The notes under the pieces are model-generated. The model made no database searches, was not told where the DNA came from, and worked only from the letters and a program-made list of their open reading frames with translations. From an uncultured Legionellales bacterium (GTDB lineage Bacteria > Pseudomonadota > Gammaproteobacteria > UBA1113), in contig CAMFJL010000004.1 in the NCBI GenBank assembly GCA_945957175.1, forward strand, positions 21,994 through 85,993: 64,000 bases of DNA, written 5' to 3'. A program made the translations under genes and the position numbers. Of the stretch, positions 40,408 to 49,330 are shown in pieces (position 1 is the stretch's first letter; each line of letters starts with the position of its first letter).

Positions 40408-40473
40408 TCCGGGCGACCACAAGGGTCGCCCCTACAGGCAGCGCAACAAGTTTTTAATCAATTCGTAATGACC
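40408..40473. repeat. 66-bp direct repeat, copy 2
   Basis: Matches 35306-35371 with one mismatch. Confidence 0.92.
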
Positions 40474-40530
40474 CCGAAACAACTCGGATTACTTCGCAAA
40501 GCCTTACCCCGTAACGATTTGTGAGGCATC

Positions 40531-40870
40531 TGGGGGTATCTCCTCTTTAAAACGCTGAAAGTACCCCCAAAACTACCCCCACAATGATGTGTTTTTATGG
40601 GGATTCATGGAACGGTATAGCAACAGATAACGGTAGAAACCATAATTTAAAATCGGGGCTCAAGCCATATGTGACGCTAAACGATAAGGGTTACATTTAC
40701 CATGAAACATGGCTTATGTATTTGAGGATAATAAAGTTATGTCAGGCACGAGCGCTACCGGCTATCAGTAAAAAATATCAATAAATCAATAAGTTATATC
40801 TTGGGCTTTTATCACATACCCCAGAAACATACCCCAGATTTCGTGGGACGATTTGACACTGCTTGAGACA
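40531..40870. mobile_element. attP-like junction between tandem islets (both arms around a tRNA-Val 3'-end copy)
   Basis: ataataaagttatgtcaggcacgag (40728-40752) vs ataataaagttatggtaggcacgag (45243-45267). The left part is homologous to 45006-45254 and the right part to 35372-35491. TACCCC(C)A repeats on both sides. Confidence 0.75.
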
Positions 40871-41289
40871 CATACCCTCCACGCCAAAAGCTCTCAGCTT
40901 TTTTTGAACTATTCGGAATTTCCGAAGAGTTCGATTTTCTACAAGTTCCTGCGTAACATTGATATTTTTATCTGGGCTTCGCCTTATTTCTTTAATCACA
41001 CATCCCCTCAGTTATAGTAGAATGATATGAGACTATACGGTTGTTATTTAAAGAAGAAGATCAATTATACAATCGCTCTCTTTTTGAGTTGTTGCAAAAT
41101 TTGCAACAGCTGTGCCCCTGACTAGCTCAAGACCGTTAGAACAGCATCTAGATTATAAAGATTAATCTTGTATCGTCTCCCGCCGTCAGCCGCAGTAATC
41201 AAGGAATCCTTGACTACTGCAACTTCAGATAATTACATTGGTCAAATACATTTTGAAAGAGTTAATTGTTTTTTATGGGAGACCAAATA

Positions 41290-42087
41290 TTATACAGAAA
41301 ACATCTCTATCTGAAGTAATTCGGCATGTATGCTTTTAAACCTTGACCTAGCATGCTCTATACTTTCGTTAAATTTTCTGGCCACCCATTCCCAATTCTC
41401 TACTCCCCGCACGTGGGATAAACGTCTAATACTTAAAAGCTCTCTTTCGATGATTTCTCTAACTTTCAATAGGTCTTTTACAAATTCAGCATTAATAGTT
41501 AATCCATTTCCAAACATAGATGGATAATGTCTGAGATAGTCAATAAAATATTGGCCATCATAACCATCAATGCGTAATAAATCACTTGGGGTATGTTTAG
41601 TAAATATACTGATTAAATCCTCAGCAATAATAACACGTGGATACCTTGCTTTTTTTTCTAACTCAACTGCCAGCACTTGAGCTATACCAATTCGCTTTCC
41701 TTGCTTCCCTCGGGCAATTCCACCACGCATTAAGAACCCCCGGGCAAGAGCAAAAGCATGAATCTGTGCCGCAAGACCTACAAGACTCATTACTACTAAC
41801 GCCTCAGTATGCGAACCACAGGGATATATTTCACCTTCGGGATATGACGCCGTAATATAGTCTGAATGACTGGATATTTTAGGCTGAAAATTCAGCATAT
41901 CTCTATAACCATCTTCAGTATCTTTATATTTTACGTCGTGCTCTCTATTACCATTGGCAAAAGAATCCACTATCTCTTCAAGTAGAGTTACTTTATCTTG
42001 GCGATTTTTGAGGATATCTGAAGCACCCAGAACATCCATAAATAAAAATATTGTTTGAGTAGCTTGTTCATCAGTTGACATCATCAT
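41290..42087 (-). CDS. Hypothetical protein with class III nucleotide cyclase-like motifs
   Basis: FLFMDVLG, HSDYI, LMRGGIARG, AVELEKKARYPRVII pattern. Confidence 0.55.
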   Translation of the reverse strand: MMMSTDEQATQTIFLFMDVLGASDILKNRQDKVTLLEEIVDSFANGNREHDVKYKDTEDGYRDMLNFQPKISSHSDYITASYPEGEIYPCGSHTEALVVMSLVGLAAQIHAFALARGFLMRGGIARGKQGKRIGIAQVLAVELEKKARYPRVIIAEDLISIFTKHTPSDLLRIDGYDGQYFIDYLRHYPSMFGNGLTINAEFVKDLLKVREIIERELLSIRRLSHVRGVENWEWVARKFNESIEHARSRFKSIHAELLQIEMFSV

Positions 42088-42895
42088 AAACTTCTTCTAT
42101 AGCTTCGGAGTTCAGACTGCAATTGATAACAACAAACTTTATGATTTTGTCAAATCCTTTACTGCCAGGTGCAAGTGATAGACTTATACGATATTCATTC
42201 TCGTTTGTAAACGAATTAGTTTTTTTCAAACACAGTGCCTCTTTCTCCAAAAGACCCAGGCCATTGGTTTTTTCAGGCTCATAATAAGCAATTGGATATC
42301 CTGTGAAGCTAGATATAGTTGAGTTAAATTGCTCAGAATCATATAAGGGATGATGGTCCTTAAATGCAATACTTAACAAATCCTCTTTCTCATTTAAGAT
42401 CCTATTACTATCTAATTTTGAATGGACATGTAGCCGAGTGAAGTCTGGTGGCAATCCTAATTTTTCAATTAAATCAGCTTTTCTCATCAATTCAACAAAT
42501 GCTTTAGACGATGTATTAGTAGGTGAATTAAAATCTAATAAACTATTTTTTACAGAGTAAAAAAAATTTTCTGTATTTATTTTTACCCCATATGCTTTTT
42601 TCCAATTATATCTTTCTTTCCAAAATGTTGGAGTATTATTTTTTGTTAAACAAAGCGCATATGCTCCTCCAAAAGATGCATGTACCTGGCCATCATTAAA
42701 ACGATACTCTTTCATATCGTGGCCTAATCTTAGCCATAATGGACTAGAAAAACGAAGCTCACCCTGTATAAATGCATCACGATATTCTTTATATTCAAAC
42801 CATCGATACAACTTAGCATTATTCTCAAGTTGAAGCAGCTGCCCATTATGTACACCATAGGTTGATCCTTCTTGAAAAATCAAATCGCTCTTCAT
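42071..42895 (-). CDS. Hypothetical protein, DUF2971-like motif pattern
   Basis: LYRW..., GELRFS, ALCLT, K..SFTNENEYRI. Its stop overlaps the next gene's start; aggag RBS. Confidence 0.45.
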   Translation of the reverse strand: MKSDLIFQEGSTYGVHNGQLLQLENNAKLYRWFEYKEYRDAFIQGELRFSSPLWLRLGHDMKEYRFNDGQVHASFGGAYALCLTKNNTPTFWKERYNWKKAYGVKINTENFFYSVKNSLLDFNSPTNTSSKAFVELMRKADLIEKLGLPPDFTRLHVHSKLDSNRILNEKEDLLSIAFKDHHPLYDSEQFNSTISSFTGYPIAYYEPEKTNGLGLLEKEALCLKKTNSFTNENEYRISLSLAPGSKGFDKIIKFVVINCSLNSEAIEEVYDDVN

Positions 42896-42939
42896 TATTG
42901 TTCTCCTATAACATCATTGCATATATCAAAAATTTAAGC

Positions 42940-43596
42940 TCACTTAAATTGTAAAAGATACTCAACAAGCTCATGAATGCGCGTTGAAGGATTGTCAAAA
43001 CCATCCTTTTGTTGTTGCTTGTAAATACGTTTAGAACGTTCTATTGCTAAATTTAAATGTGCTTTTGTTATTTCAAATGTATCTGCTGCTCCCTTACGGT
43101 AACGACAACCTTCAGCCTTCAAAGCTGCAATGAGTTGATCCGATAATGATTTTTTTGGTTTGTGATAATAAGGTTTCATGGTGTCAACAAAATGCAAAAG
43201 TAGCCAATACTCAAAGCAAGGCACGGAGGTGATGGCATGAATATCAATAGGAGCCTTACTATCCACTCTCAATTCCCCTATTTTATCAATAGTATCCTTA
43301 TAATGTTTATGAGTATCTTTATCAAAGACGCAGAAAATAACATCAAAATCATTATCATTACCATACTTAGCAAGGGCCAGCTCAAGCAACTTAGAAGGAT
43401 CTGTGCCAGCACATAGAATAACAACATGTGGCTTATACCAACCATAATGGGCGCATATTGCTTTAAAATATTTTGCTTCTGCCTCTCCTTCACAGACAAT
43501 CAACATACGTTTATGTTGCTCTCTCAACTGTTGTTTTCGTTGTAAGTCAGCCTGCGTTTGTACTTTTCTCTTTTTGTGTAAGTCATCACTGCCCAT
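42940..43596 (-). CDS. rloB: RloB family (TOPRIM-like) protein
   Basis: LIVCEG..EAKYF, VFDKD, SVPCFEYWLLLHF, NPST. The ATG at 43596 overlaps the rloA stop (TAATG). Confidence 0.88.
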   Translation of the reverse strand: MGSDDLHKKRKVQTQADLQRKQQLREQHKRMLIVCEGEAEAKYFKAICAHYGWYKPHVVILCAGTDPSKLLELALAKYGNDNDFDVIFCVFDKDTHKHYKDTIDKIGELRVDSKAPIDIHAITSVPCFEYWLLLHFVDTMKPYYHKPKKSLSDQLIAALKAEGCRYRKGAADTFEITKAHLNLAIERSKRIYKQQQKDGFDNPSTRIHELVEYLLQFK

Positions 43597-44852
43597 TAAA
43601 ACTTCCATTCACCAATATAGGGCACTGCTCCATATCGGCCATGAAGATAAGCCTTTCCAAAGGCTTCTTGCTTGCGCGGACTAAATTCAGTAAGTGGATA
43701 TAGATGGGTGGCATGGTGCTCATCTTTTTCAACAAACCAAATTTGATCACGTCTTAATAACTCATTATCTAATAAGGTAGTATCATGCGTAGTAAAAATA
43801 AGTTGTGCATTTGCTTTGTTAATTTTAGGATTACACATGAGCTCAATAAGAAAACGTGAAAGTAGTGGATGCAAACTATTGTCCATTTCGTCAACGATGA
43901 TTAATCCGCCAACATCTAGCATTTCTATCCATGGAATAACAAAACTAAAAATTTTTCTTGTCCCTTCTGACTCATGCATGAGATCTAATTTTTTTCCATA
44001 ATGAATAAAGACTATCTTATATTTTTCTTTGTATATCTTCTTAAAATAATCTCTGACTTCCATCGGCATATCGGAAGGAAAATTAGGTTCAGAGTTATCA
44101 GAACGTTCCTCTATTTGAATATCTGAAATGCTTGGATCAGCATTATTAACCAGAGATAAGATCTGAGCTTTTATCTTAGGATCTTCTAAAAAGGAAATCA
44201 TTTTTTTAATGGGTAAATTGCGATCATTCGGTGAGTCAATAAGTCTGTGTTCATTAAGGAACCATTCAAATACGGGCATTAATTGGTCATTATTGAAATT
44301 AACAGCCGTAGACAAAAATAAAACATTGTCTCTAGTTAACTCTGTGACCTGATTATTTTTTTTAAAGCGTGTACTAAACTTCCAGTCATACTTGTTTTTA
44401 TTATATACACGACTGAACCATTTCTGTGGTTTTCCGGATGGATAAGCGAACAACCACTCTTCAAGTACGCGCTCTTGATTAAGAGCAAAGCCGTATTGAT
44501 AACGAATCTGATTTTTAATGAAGTTAATTTCAAATTCACTAGATTTTGAGAAACTGATATTATCAAATAAAAACGGAAAGACAGGGATAGACTCTCCTGG
44601 CTGAGATCTATTAGACCAGTTAACAATAAAAAAACGCATGAATGATAAGGCATTTAATATGTTACTTTTTCCTGCCGCATTGGCACCATAGATGCCGACA
44701 GCACGAAGCAAACGAAGTTGGTCATGATTTTCTGTAGTAAACATGTTCTGTTCTAGCTCAGAGCCATTATCTGCAACTATACTCAGCGTCTGAGTATCTC
44801 GAATAGAGAAAAAGTTGCTAACTTTGAATTGGATAAACACAATAATCACCAT
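43596..44852 (-). CDS. rloA: RloA/AAA_21 ABC-type ATPase (abortive-infection associated)
   Basis: IYGANAAGKSN, ESEGT, IVDEMDNSLHP, QLIFTTHD, RRDQIWFVEK, YLHGRYGAVP. The start may be GTG at 44840. Confidence 0.88.
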   Translation of the reverse strand: MVIIVFIQFKVSNFFSIRDTQTLSIVADNGSELEQNMFTTENHDQLRLLRAVGIYGANAAGKSNILNALSFMRFFIVNWSNRSQPGESIPVFPFLFDNISFSKSSEFEINFIKNQIRYQYGFALNQERVLEEWLFAYPSGKPQKWFSRVYNKNKYDWKFSTRFKKNNQVTELTRDNVLFLSTAVNFNNDQLMPVFEWFLNEHRLIDSPNDRNLPIKKMISFLEDPKIKAQILSLVNNADPSISDIQIEERSDNSEPNFPSDMPMEVRDYFKKIYKEKYKIVFIHYGKKLDLMHESEGTRKIFSFVIPWIEMLDVGGLIIVDEMDNSLHPLLSRFLIELMCNPKINKANAQLIFTTHDTTLLDNELLRRDQIWFVEKDEHHATHLYPLTEFSPRKQEAFGKAYLHGRYGAVPYIGEWKF

Positions 44853-45254
44853 AAAATTTAATTTATTGTGGTATTTTTGCAGAAAAATGTCAAAAAGTCA
44901 AGAATAAATTACTTTTAACGTCGATAGTGATTAAATATCTATGCAACTTGTAAAACATGCATACATAGCTGCCATCTGTGCTCATGCGGATTAGAGTCAT
45001 AAATTTGGGGTATCTCCTTTTAGAGACACTGACATACCCCAGAAAGTACCCCAAAAAAGTTGAGGATGTCATGACTTTTTACAAAAACGCATGATGCGAC
45101 ATAACATAAATAGAGAAACCTTAACGATGATAATTTTAATTTAGAATCTGGCCTAATGCCAAGTGGTGCCTGTATCTACAAGCATGCCATCATCTAAAGA
45201 TTGACAAAGTAAATACATTAAAATAAGCTTATGTGTTAAAGAATAATAAAGTTA

Positions 45255-45329
45255 TGGTAGGCACGAGTGGGATCGAACCACCGACCACCACCATGTCAAG
45301 GTGGTGCTCTACCACTGAGCTACGTGCCT
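45255..45329 (-). tRNA. tRNA-Val(GAC)
   Basis: AGGCACGTAGCTCAGTGGTAGAGCACCACCTTGACATGGTGGTGGTCGGTGGTTCGATCCCACTCGTGCCTACCA folds as a cloverleaf with anticodon GAC and encoded CCA. Confidence 0.97.
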
Positions 45330-45671
45330 AAAAATGCTGAAGCTGAGAATTGATATACTATTCATCTTTCAAAACGTGATTGCGTTGCCTTTCGAAATAC
45401 TGGAAAGGCATGTACACCTGTACATGACTAATCTCGATATCTTCTTGCAACAAAGCCAGGCTTTGAAGGATAAAGCGTATAGAATCAATAGGCCGTACTT
45501 ATATCATGTATAGGTAACGACAGGCAAGGACTTTTGACATGGCAAGATATCTTGGTTTCCAGATGAACGCTTTGCCCTACCCTCCGCTCCTCACGTACGA
45601 TTTTGGCCTAAGGACTAGATGTGGGCTATAACCATCATGTAGCGATGATAACATGCGTACTTTGAAAAAGG

Positions 45672-45911
45672 CTATGCGTGTATATCAATGGCAACCGTTT
45701 TATAACGCGATTGTTTGCCCGCAATAATTGTAATCTGGCTTGGCGCCACGTCATAATGTTTTGCCAACAGCTTAATTAATGCGGCATTCGCCTGGCCCTC
45801 TATCGGTAAGGCTTTGATCCTAATCTTCAAATAATCACCGTGCATACCGACAATTTCATCACAACTGGCTTGGGGTTGCAGCATAACCTTAAGAATCAGA
45901 GCGTGTGACAT
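45672..45911 (-). CDS. yggU: DUF167/YggU family protein
   Basis: LQPQAS, LKIRIKALPIEGQAN, G.QSRYK. Confidence 0.85.
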   Translation of the reverse strand: MSHALILKVMLQPQASCDEIVGMHGDYLKIRIKALPIEGQANAALIKLLAKHYDVAPSQITIIAGKQSRYKTVAIDIHA

Positions 45912-46035
45912 TTTATATACCTGTATCGTATTTTAAAAATAATCGTTATTCACACTGTTATTAGGCTGTTTTTTTCATATCGCGTTTGATCATCACCATG
46001 TCACTTAAAACAATATCGCCATAAAGCGCCCGGTG

Positions 46036-47301
46036 CTATCTTTTCGTTGTGGGTGGAAATACATGTACTGTTTTCACCATATTATCCTGCACCTTGATAA
46101 TTTCGATATGATAATCACCCATATGTACGCAAACAGGCGCAGGCGGTATTTCTTCAAAATATTCTATCACTAAACCACTCAGTGTCCTCGGACCATCGAC
46201 AGGCAAATGCCAGTGTAATAAACGATTTAACTCTCGAATATTCACTGAGCCATCGACGATATAACTACCATCTGGATTGAGCTGAACCAGCTTACTTACA
46301 CTAGGTTCTTCCGCTGTAAATTCACCAACAACTTCTTCTAAAATATCTTCAATCGTAATTAAACCAAGAATATCACCATACTCATCGACAACTAGACCTA
46401 AACTGCATTGTTCGCGTCGAAAGTTGAGTAACTGCGTATGTAAAGGTGTGCTCTCTGGAATAAAATACACCTCTTTTGCTAATGCAGTGCACGTTTCTTT
46501 ATTCAGTTGATTTGCCGCGTGTAATTTAAGTGCTTCACGCAAATGTAAAATACCGATGATATTATCGATATCATCGCGATATAAGGGAATTTGTGTATGA
46601 CGACTACTCATCAGTTGATTCAGAATCGACGACCAATCATCTTCCATATCAATACTGACAATCTCATTTCGTGGAATCATGATATCGTCAACCGTGATCT
46701 GTTCCATCTCAATGATACGCAATAGCATCTCTTGATGCTGCGAGGAAATGTGGCCACTTGATTCTAATACAACAGAGCGAAGTTCTTCCATGCTAAGTCT
46801 ATCTTGTGCACTACCATCCGCGTTAACCCTTAGCAGTCGCAAAATCCCACTAACCATGCTGTTAGCTAACCAGATAACAGGATAAAACAGCTTAAGCAAC
46901 AGCATTATCACCCAAGATACACGCAAAGCAACCCATTGCGAATGCAAAGCAGCAATGGTTTTAGGCGCAATTTCTGACACAATCAAAATCACTAGGGTCA
47001 AAACTAATGTTGCAACCACAAGGCCGACATCACCAAACATGCGCACAGCAAGAATAGTCGTAATAGCCGAGGCGAATACGTTAGCCAAGGTATTACCAAT
47101 TAATACGACGGCTAATAACTTATCCGGGCGTTGTAATAACTGATGAACCCGTATTGCTGCCTTATTACCTGCTCTTGCAAGGTGGCGGAGCCGATAGCGA
47201 TTAGCTGCCATGATAGCGGTTTCAGAGCCCGAAAAAAATGCCGATATTAAAATAAGAACCGCTAAAATAATAAGCAACGATGTATTTGAAATACTGTACA
47301 A
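46036..47301 (-). CDS. corB: HlyC/CorC (CNNM) family transporter CorB/YfjD
   Basis: SAFFSGSETA, LIGNT, EIAPK, CBS pair VVDEYG..IEDILEEVVGE, CorC domain. Confidence 0.88.
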   Translation of the reverse strand: MYSISNTSLLIILAVLILISAFFSGSETAIMAANRYRLRHLARAGNKAAIRVHQLLQRPDKLLAVVLIGNTLANVFASAITTILAVRMFGDVGLVVATLVLTLVILIVSEIAPKTIAALHSQWVALRVSWVIMLLLKLFYPVIWLANSMVSGILRLLRVNADGSAQDRLSMEELRSVVLESSGHISSQHQEMLLRIIEMEQITVDDIMIPRNEIVSIDMEDDWSSILNQLMSSRHTQIPLYRDDIDNIIGILHLREALKLHAANQLNKETCTALAKEVYFIPESTPLHTQLLNFRREQCSLGLVVDEYGDILGLITIEDILEEVVGEFTAEEPSVSKLVQLNPDGSYIVDGSVNIRELNRLLHWHLPVDGPRTLSGLVIEYFEEIPPAPVCVHMGDYHIEIIKVQDNMVKTVHVFPPTTKR

Positions 47302-47460
47302 GACGAAACCTCACTGTTACATTTGTCATCGCTATGCGATGGTTTTATCACCCTTCATCCGCCGCTTCGCGGCAGCTTCTCCCGCAAGGAGAGAAAGACA
47401 TTTTTTTTACTTGCGTGAATGAAATCAAAAAATTCACATCTTTCAAGTGTCATGGGTACA
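47295..47460. mobile_element. ERIC-like MITE copy
   Basis: tgtcatcgctatgcgatgg plus ccttcatccgccgcttcgcggcagcttctcccgcaaggagagaa hairpins; right end ctttcaagtgtcatgggtaca. Confidence 0.55.
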
Positions 47461-47462
47461 AG

Positions 47463-48254
47463 CTATGCATGTGATAAAGTCCACCAACCTGCATAAGCTA
47501 ATAATACTATCACTAATCCAAGCAAAGTACCCGGCACCAGACGCAAACTTTGCCATGGTCGAAACCAACCCATAAACAGTAAAAAACCAAAAAGTAACCA
47601 CGCCAATGTGGTTAAAATAAGCTTAGGCTTTAGATAATCAAGTGTAGGTGGATCAAACCAAATGAGCAAACCACCATTTATCAGCATGAGCGTCAGCAGC
47701 AATAAGCTTAAAATAATAAAGGCTAATAAAAGCTTAGCCTGTACCTCCAGGGGTGGAAAAAAACTGAGCCAACGGATATGCTTTTTTCCTTTCAAAATAA
47801 GATGATGCACATACATAAATAAGGCTTGCAGGCTCGCAGCGACCACAGATGCAATAGTGAAAATGGCAAGAACAACATGCCAAAACAATACTGGATTGGC
47901 CGCGGTATTCACTAAGAGCAAGCCATCGTCAAACCAACCAAGTAAAGTAAAAATAAAACCCATCGGTGCAATAACCAACAATAGGCTAAAAACTGGCTGC
48001 CAGAGATTAACAAGCGTAATCAGTACTAAGCTTAGCCAAACAACCGCGTTGGCCATATTGATAACTGAAAGATTTTGCAAATCGATAACATCAATCCAGC
48101 GATGCAACAGATACGATTGCGCAATAATGACGATGATGGCTAAACATGTTGCCAAACCGGGGGCAAGCGGCTTTGAGCGCTTATAACACTGAAATAAATA
48201 ACCCGTAAGACTTAAATAACCTAAACATGTGATAAACCAGGTAGCAAATAGCAT
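47463..48254 (-). CDS. ypjD: Inner membrane protein YpjD (CcsA-like)
   Basis: About 8 TM segments; FWHVVLAI, ASLQ, PPLE, K.ILT.LAW, LLAYAG; upstream of corB. Confidence 0.75.
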   Translation of the reverse strand: MLFATWFITCLGYLSLTGYLFQCYKRSKPLAPGLATCLAIIVIIAQSYLLHRWIDVIDLQNLSVINMANAVVWLSLVLITLVNLWQPVFSLLLVIAPMGFIFTLLGWFDDGLLLVNTAANPVLFWHVVLAIFTIASVVAASLQALFMYVHHLILKGKKHIRWLSFFPPLEVQAKLLLAFIILSLLLLTLMLINGGLLIWFDPPTLDYLKPKLILTTLAWLLFGFLLFMGWFRPWQSLRLVPGTLLGLVIVLLAYAGWWTLSHA

Positions 48255-48293
48255 AGTATGCTTTTATCCTTCACGCTTGGAATGCCTTGAGTA

Positions 48294-48457
48294 TATACCC
48301 GAGTTCTTTCAAAATGCATACCTGTCATCACGCTGCATTTGGCCTTTGGTTACCTTCTCCTGCAAGGGAAGAAGCGCATTTTTATACTTACATGGGCAAA
48401 CCAAAAACTCGCATGTTGAAAAACGACAGCTCTCTATTTTGAACGATCACGGGTATA
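48294..48457. mobile_element. ERIC-like MITE copy with clear terminal inverted repeats
   Basis: TATACCCGAGTTCTTTCAAAAT ... ATTTTGAACGATCACGGGTATA. Confidence 0.7.
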
Positions 48458-48481
48458 TCATCGCACAAATACACGAGAAGA

Positions 48482-49321
48482 TCATCTTTGCGTAAAACTC
48501 TGTGCAATTAAATTACTAAGACCACTGCGACGCATAACCGCCACTAAATCATGGCAGCTTCGGGTACCTACTTTCATACGAATACGCTCCCAATGCGTTT
48601 GCACCGTACGATAAGAAATACCTAAACGCTTAGCTATTTGCTTGGCGGTCAATCCTTGCATCAGTCCTGCTAAACACTCCATCTCGCGACTACTCAATTG
48701 CAGTGCACTGTCTTGCCACGGCAACATCCAACGGTCATAGTGCAAGTCGCTTGTGATACTTGCATGCTGGGGTAACTGAGGATCAGTTAATAAGGGTTGT
48801 GGCTGCACAACAATGGCTGTATCCATTTGCCAGGCGTGGAGATATGCCTGTTGCAACAGACTTTCTGCTTTATCGTGAAACATTAAGATGAAGCGATAAA
48901 GTGTATGCCATTGTTGTTGGCACCAAGGATTCAGCGTCTGATGCCCTAAGGTATCACCGAAGTGATAACCATAGCTCACGTGGGCTTGCCGAATAATGAT
49001 GCTCAAACCCGTTTTCAATCCCAAATAGTCTCGGCCATGCTGCAAAATAGGATCGTTTTGATCAAACTCAAGCCATGTATACTCACCCGTAGGTAATTGT
49101 TCATTCAGCATTGTCACAAGCGGCGTCTGCAATAAGTCATGCTCAACGCAATGATCGAGCCAAAGCGGATGCGTACATAACATTGCGCGCTTGCCCCGTT
49201 CATCGACACGTACAAAATGAAAAAAATCCGCACCTAACGCACTTAATCCTGGTTCACAGCATTGCTTAAACGCAGTGCTGGCCGCCATGGCCCAATCAAC
49301 CGCAAAGCGTAATGTTGTCAT
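48482..49321 (-). CDS. LuxR-family transcriptional regulator (orphan, with N-terminal ligand-binding-like domain)
   Basis: C-terminal LSSREMECL..LMQGLTAKQIAKRLGISYRTVQTH HTH. Confidence 0.85.
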   Translation of the reverse strand: MTTLRFAVDWAMAASTAFKQCCEPGLSALGADFFHFVRVDERGKRAMLCTHPLWLDHCVEHDLLQTPLVTMLNEQLPTGEYTWLEFDQNDPILQHGRDYLGLKTGLSIIIRQAHVSYGYHFGDTLGHQTLNPWCQQQWHTLYRFILMFHDKAESLLQQAYLHAWQMDTAIVVQPQPLLTDPQLPQHASITSDLHYDRWMLPWQDSALQLSSREMECLAGLMQGLTAKQIAKRLGISYRTVQTHWERIRMKVGTRSCHDLVAVMRRSGLSNLIAQSFTQR

Positions 49322-49330
49322 CCTCTGCTC

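Larger units (their letters stand above)
40741..45267. mobile_element. AT-rich genomic islet at tRNA-Val, no integrase
   Basis: Bounded by the tRNA 3' end and its degenerate copy; visibly AT-rich; four co-oriented genes. Confidence 0.75.

Noticed and set aside
40249..40999. Short ORFs 40249..40524, 40584..40784 and 40778..40999 (also 35330..35548 and 44890..45072)
   Set aside because: They run through REP, att-arm and palindrome DNA and have no convincing RBS or domain; only the RhuM-like peptide in 40778..40999 is informative.
41290..42895. Calling the cyclase-like pair Pycsar or CBASS
   Set aside because: No recognisable cNMP-binding, TIR, TM, SAVED or CD-NTase motifs; left as an unnamed candidate.
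44853..45254. Integrase gene or remnant next to tRNA-Val
   Set aside because: Only about 400 bp with arm-type repeats; no tyrosine-recombinase R-H-R-Y motifs are recognisable.
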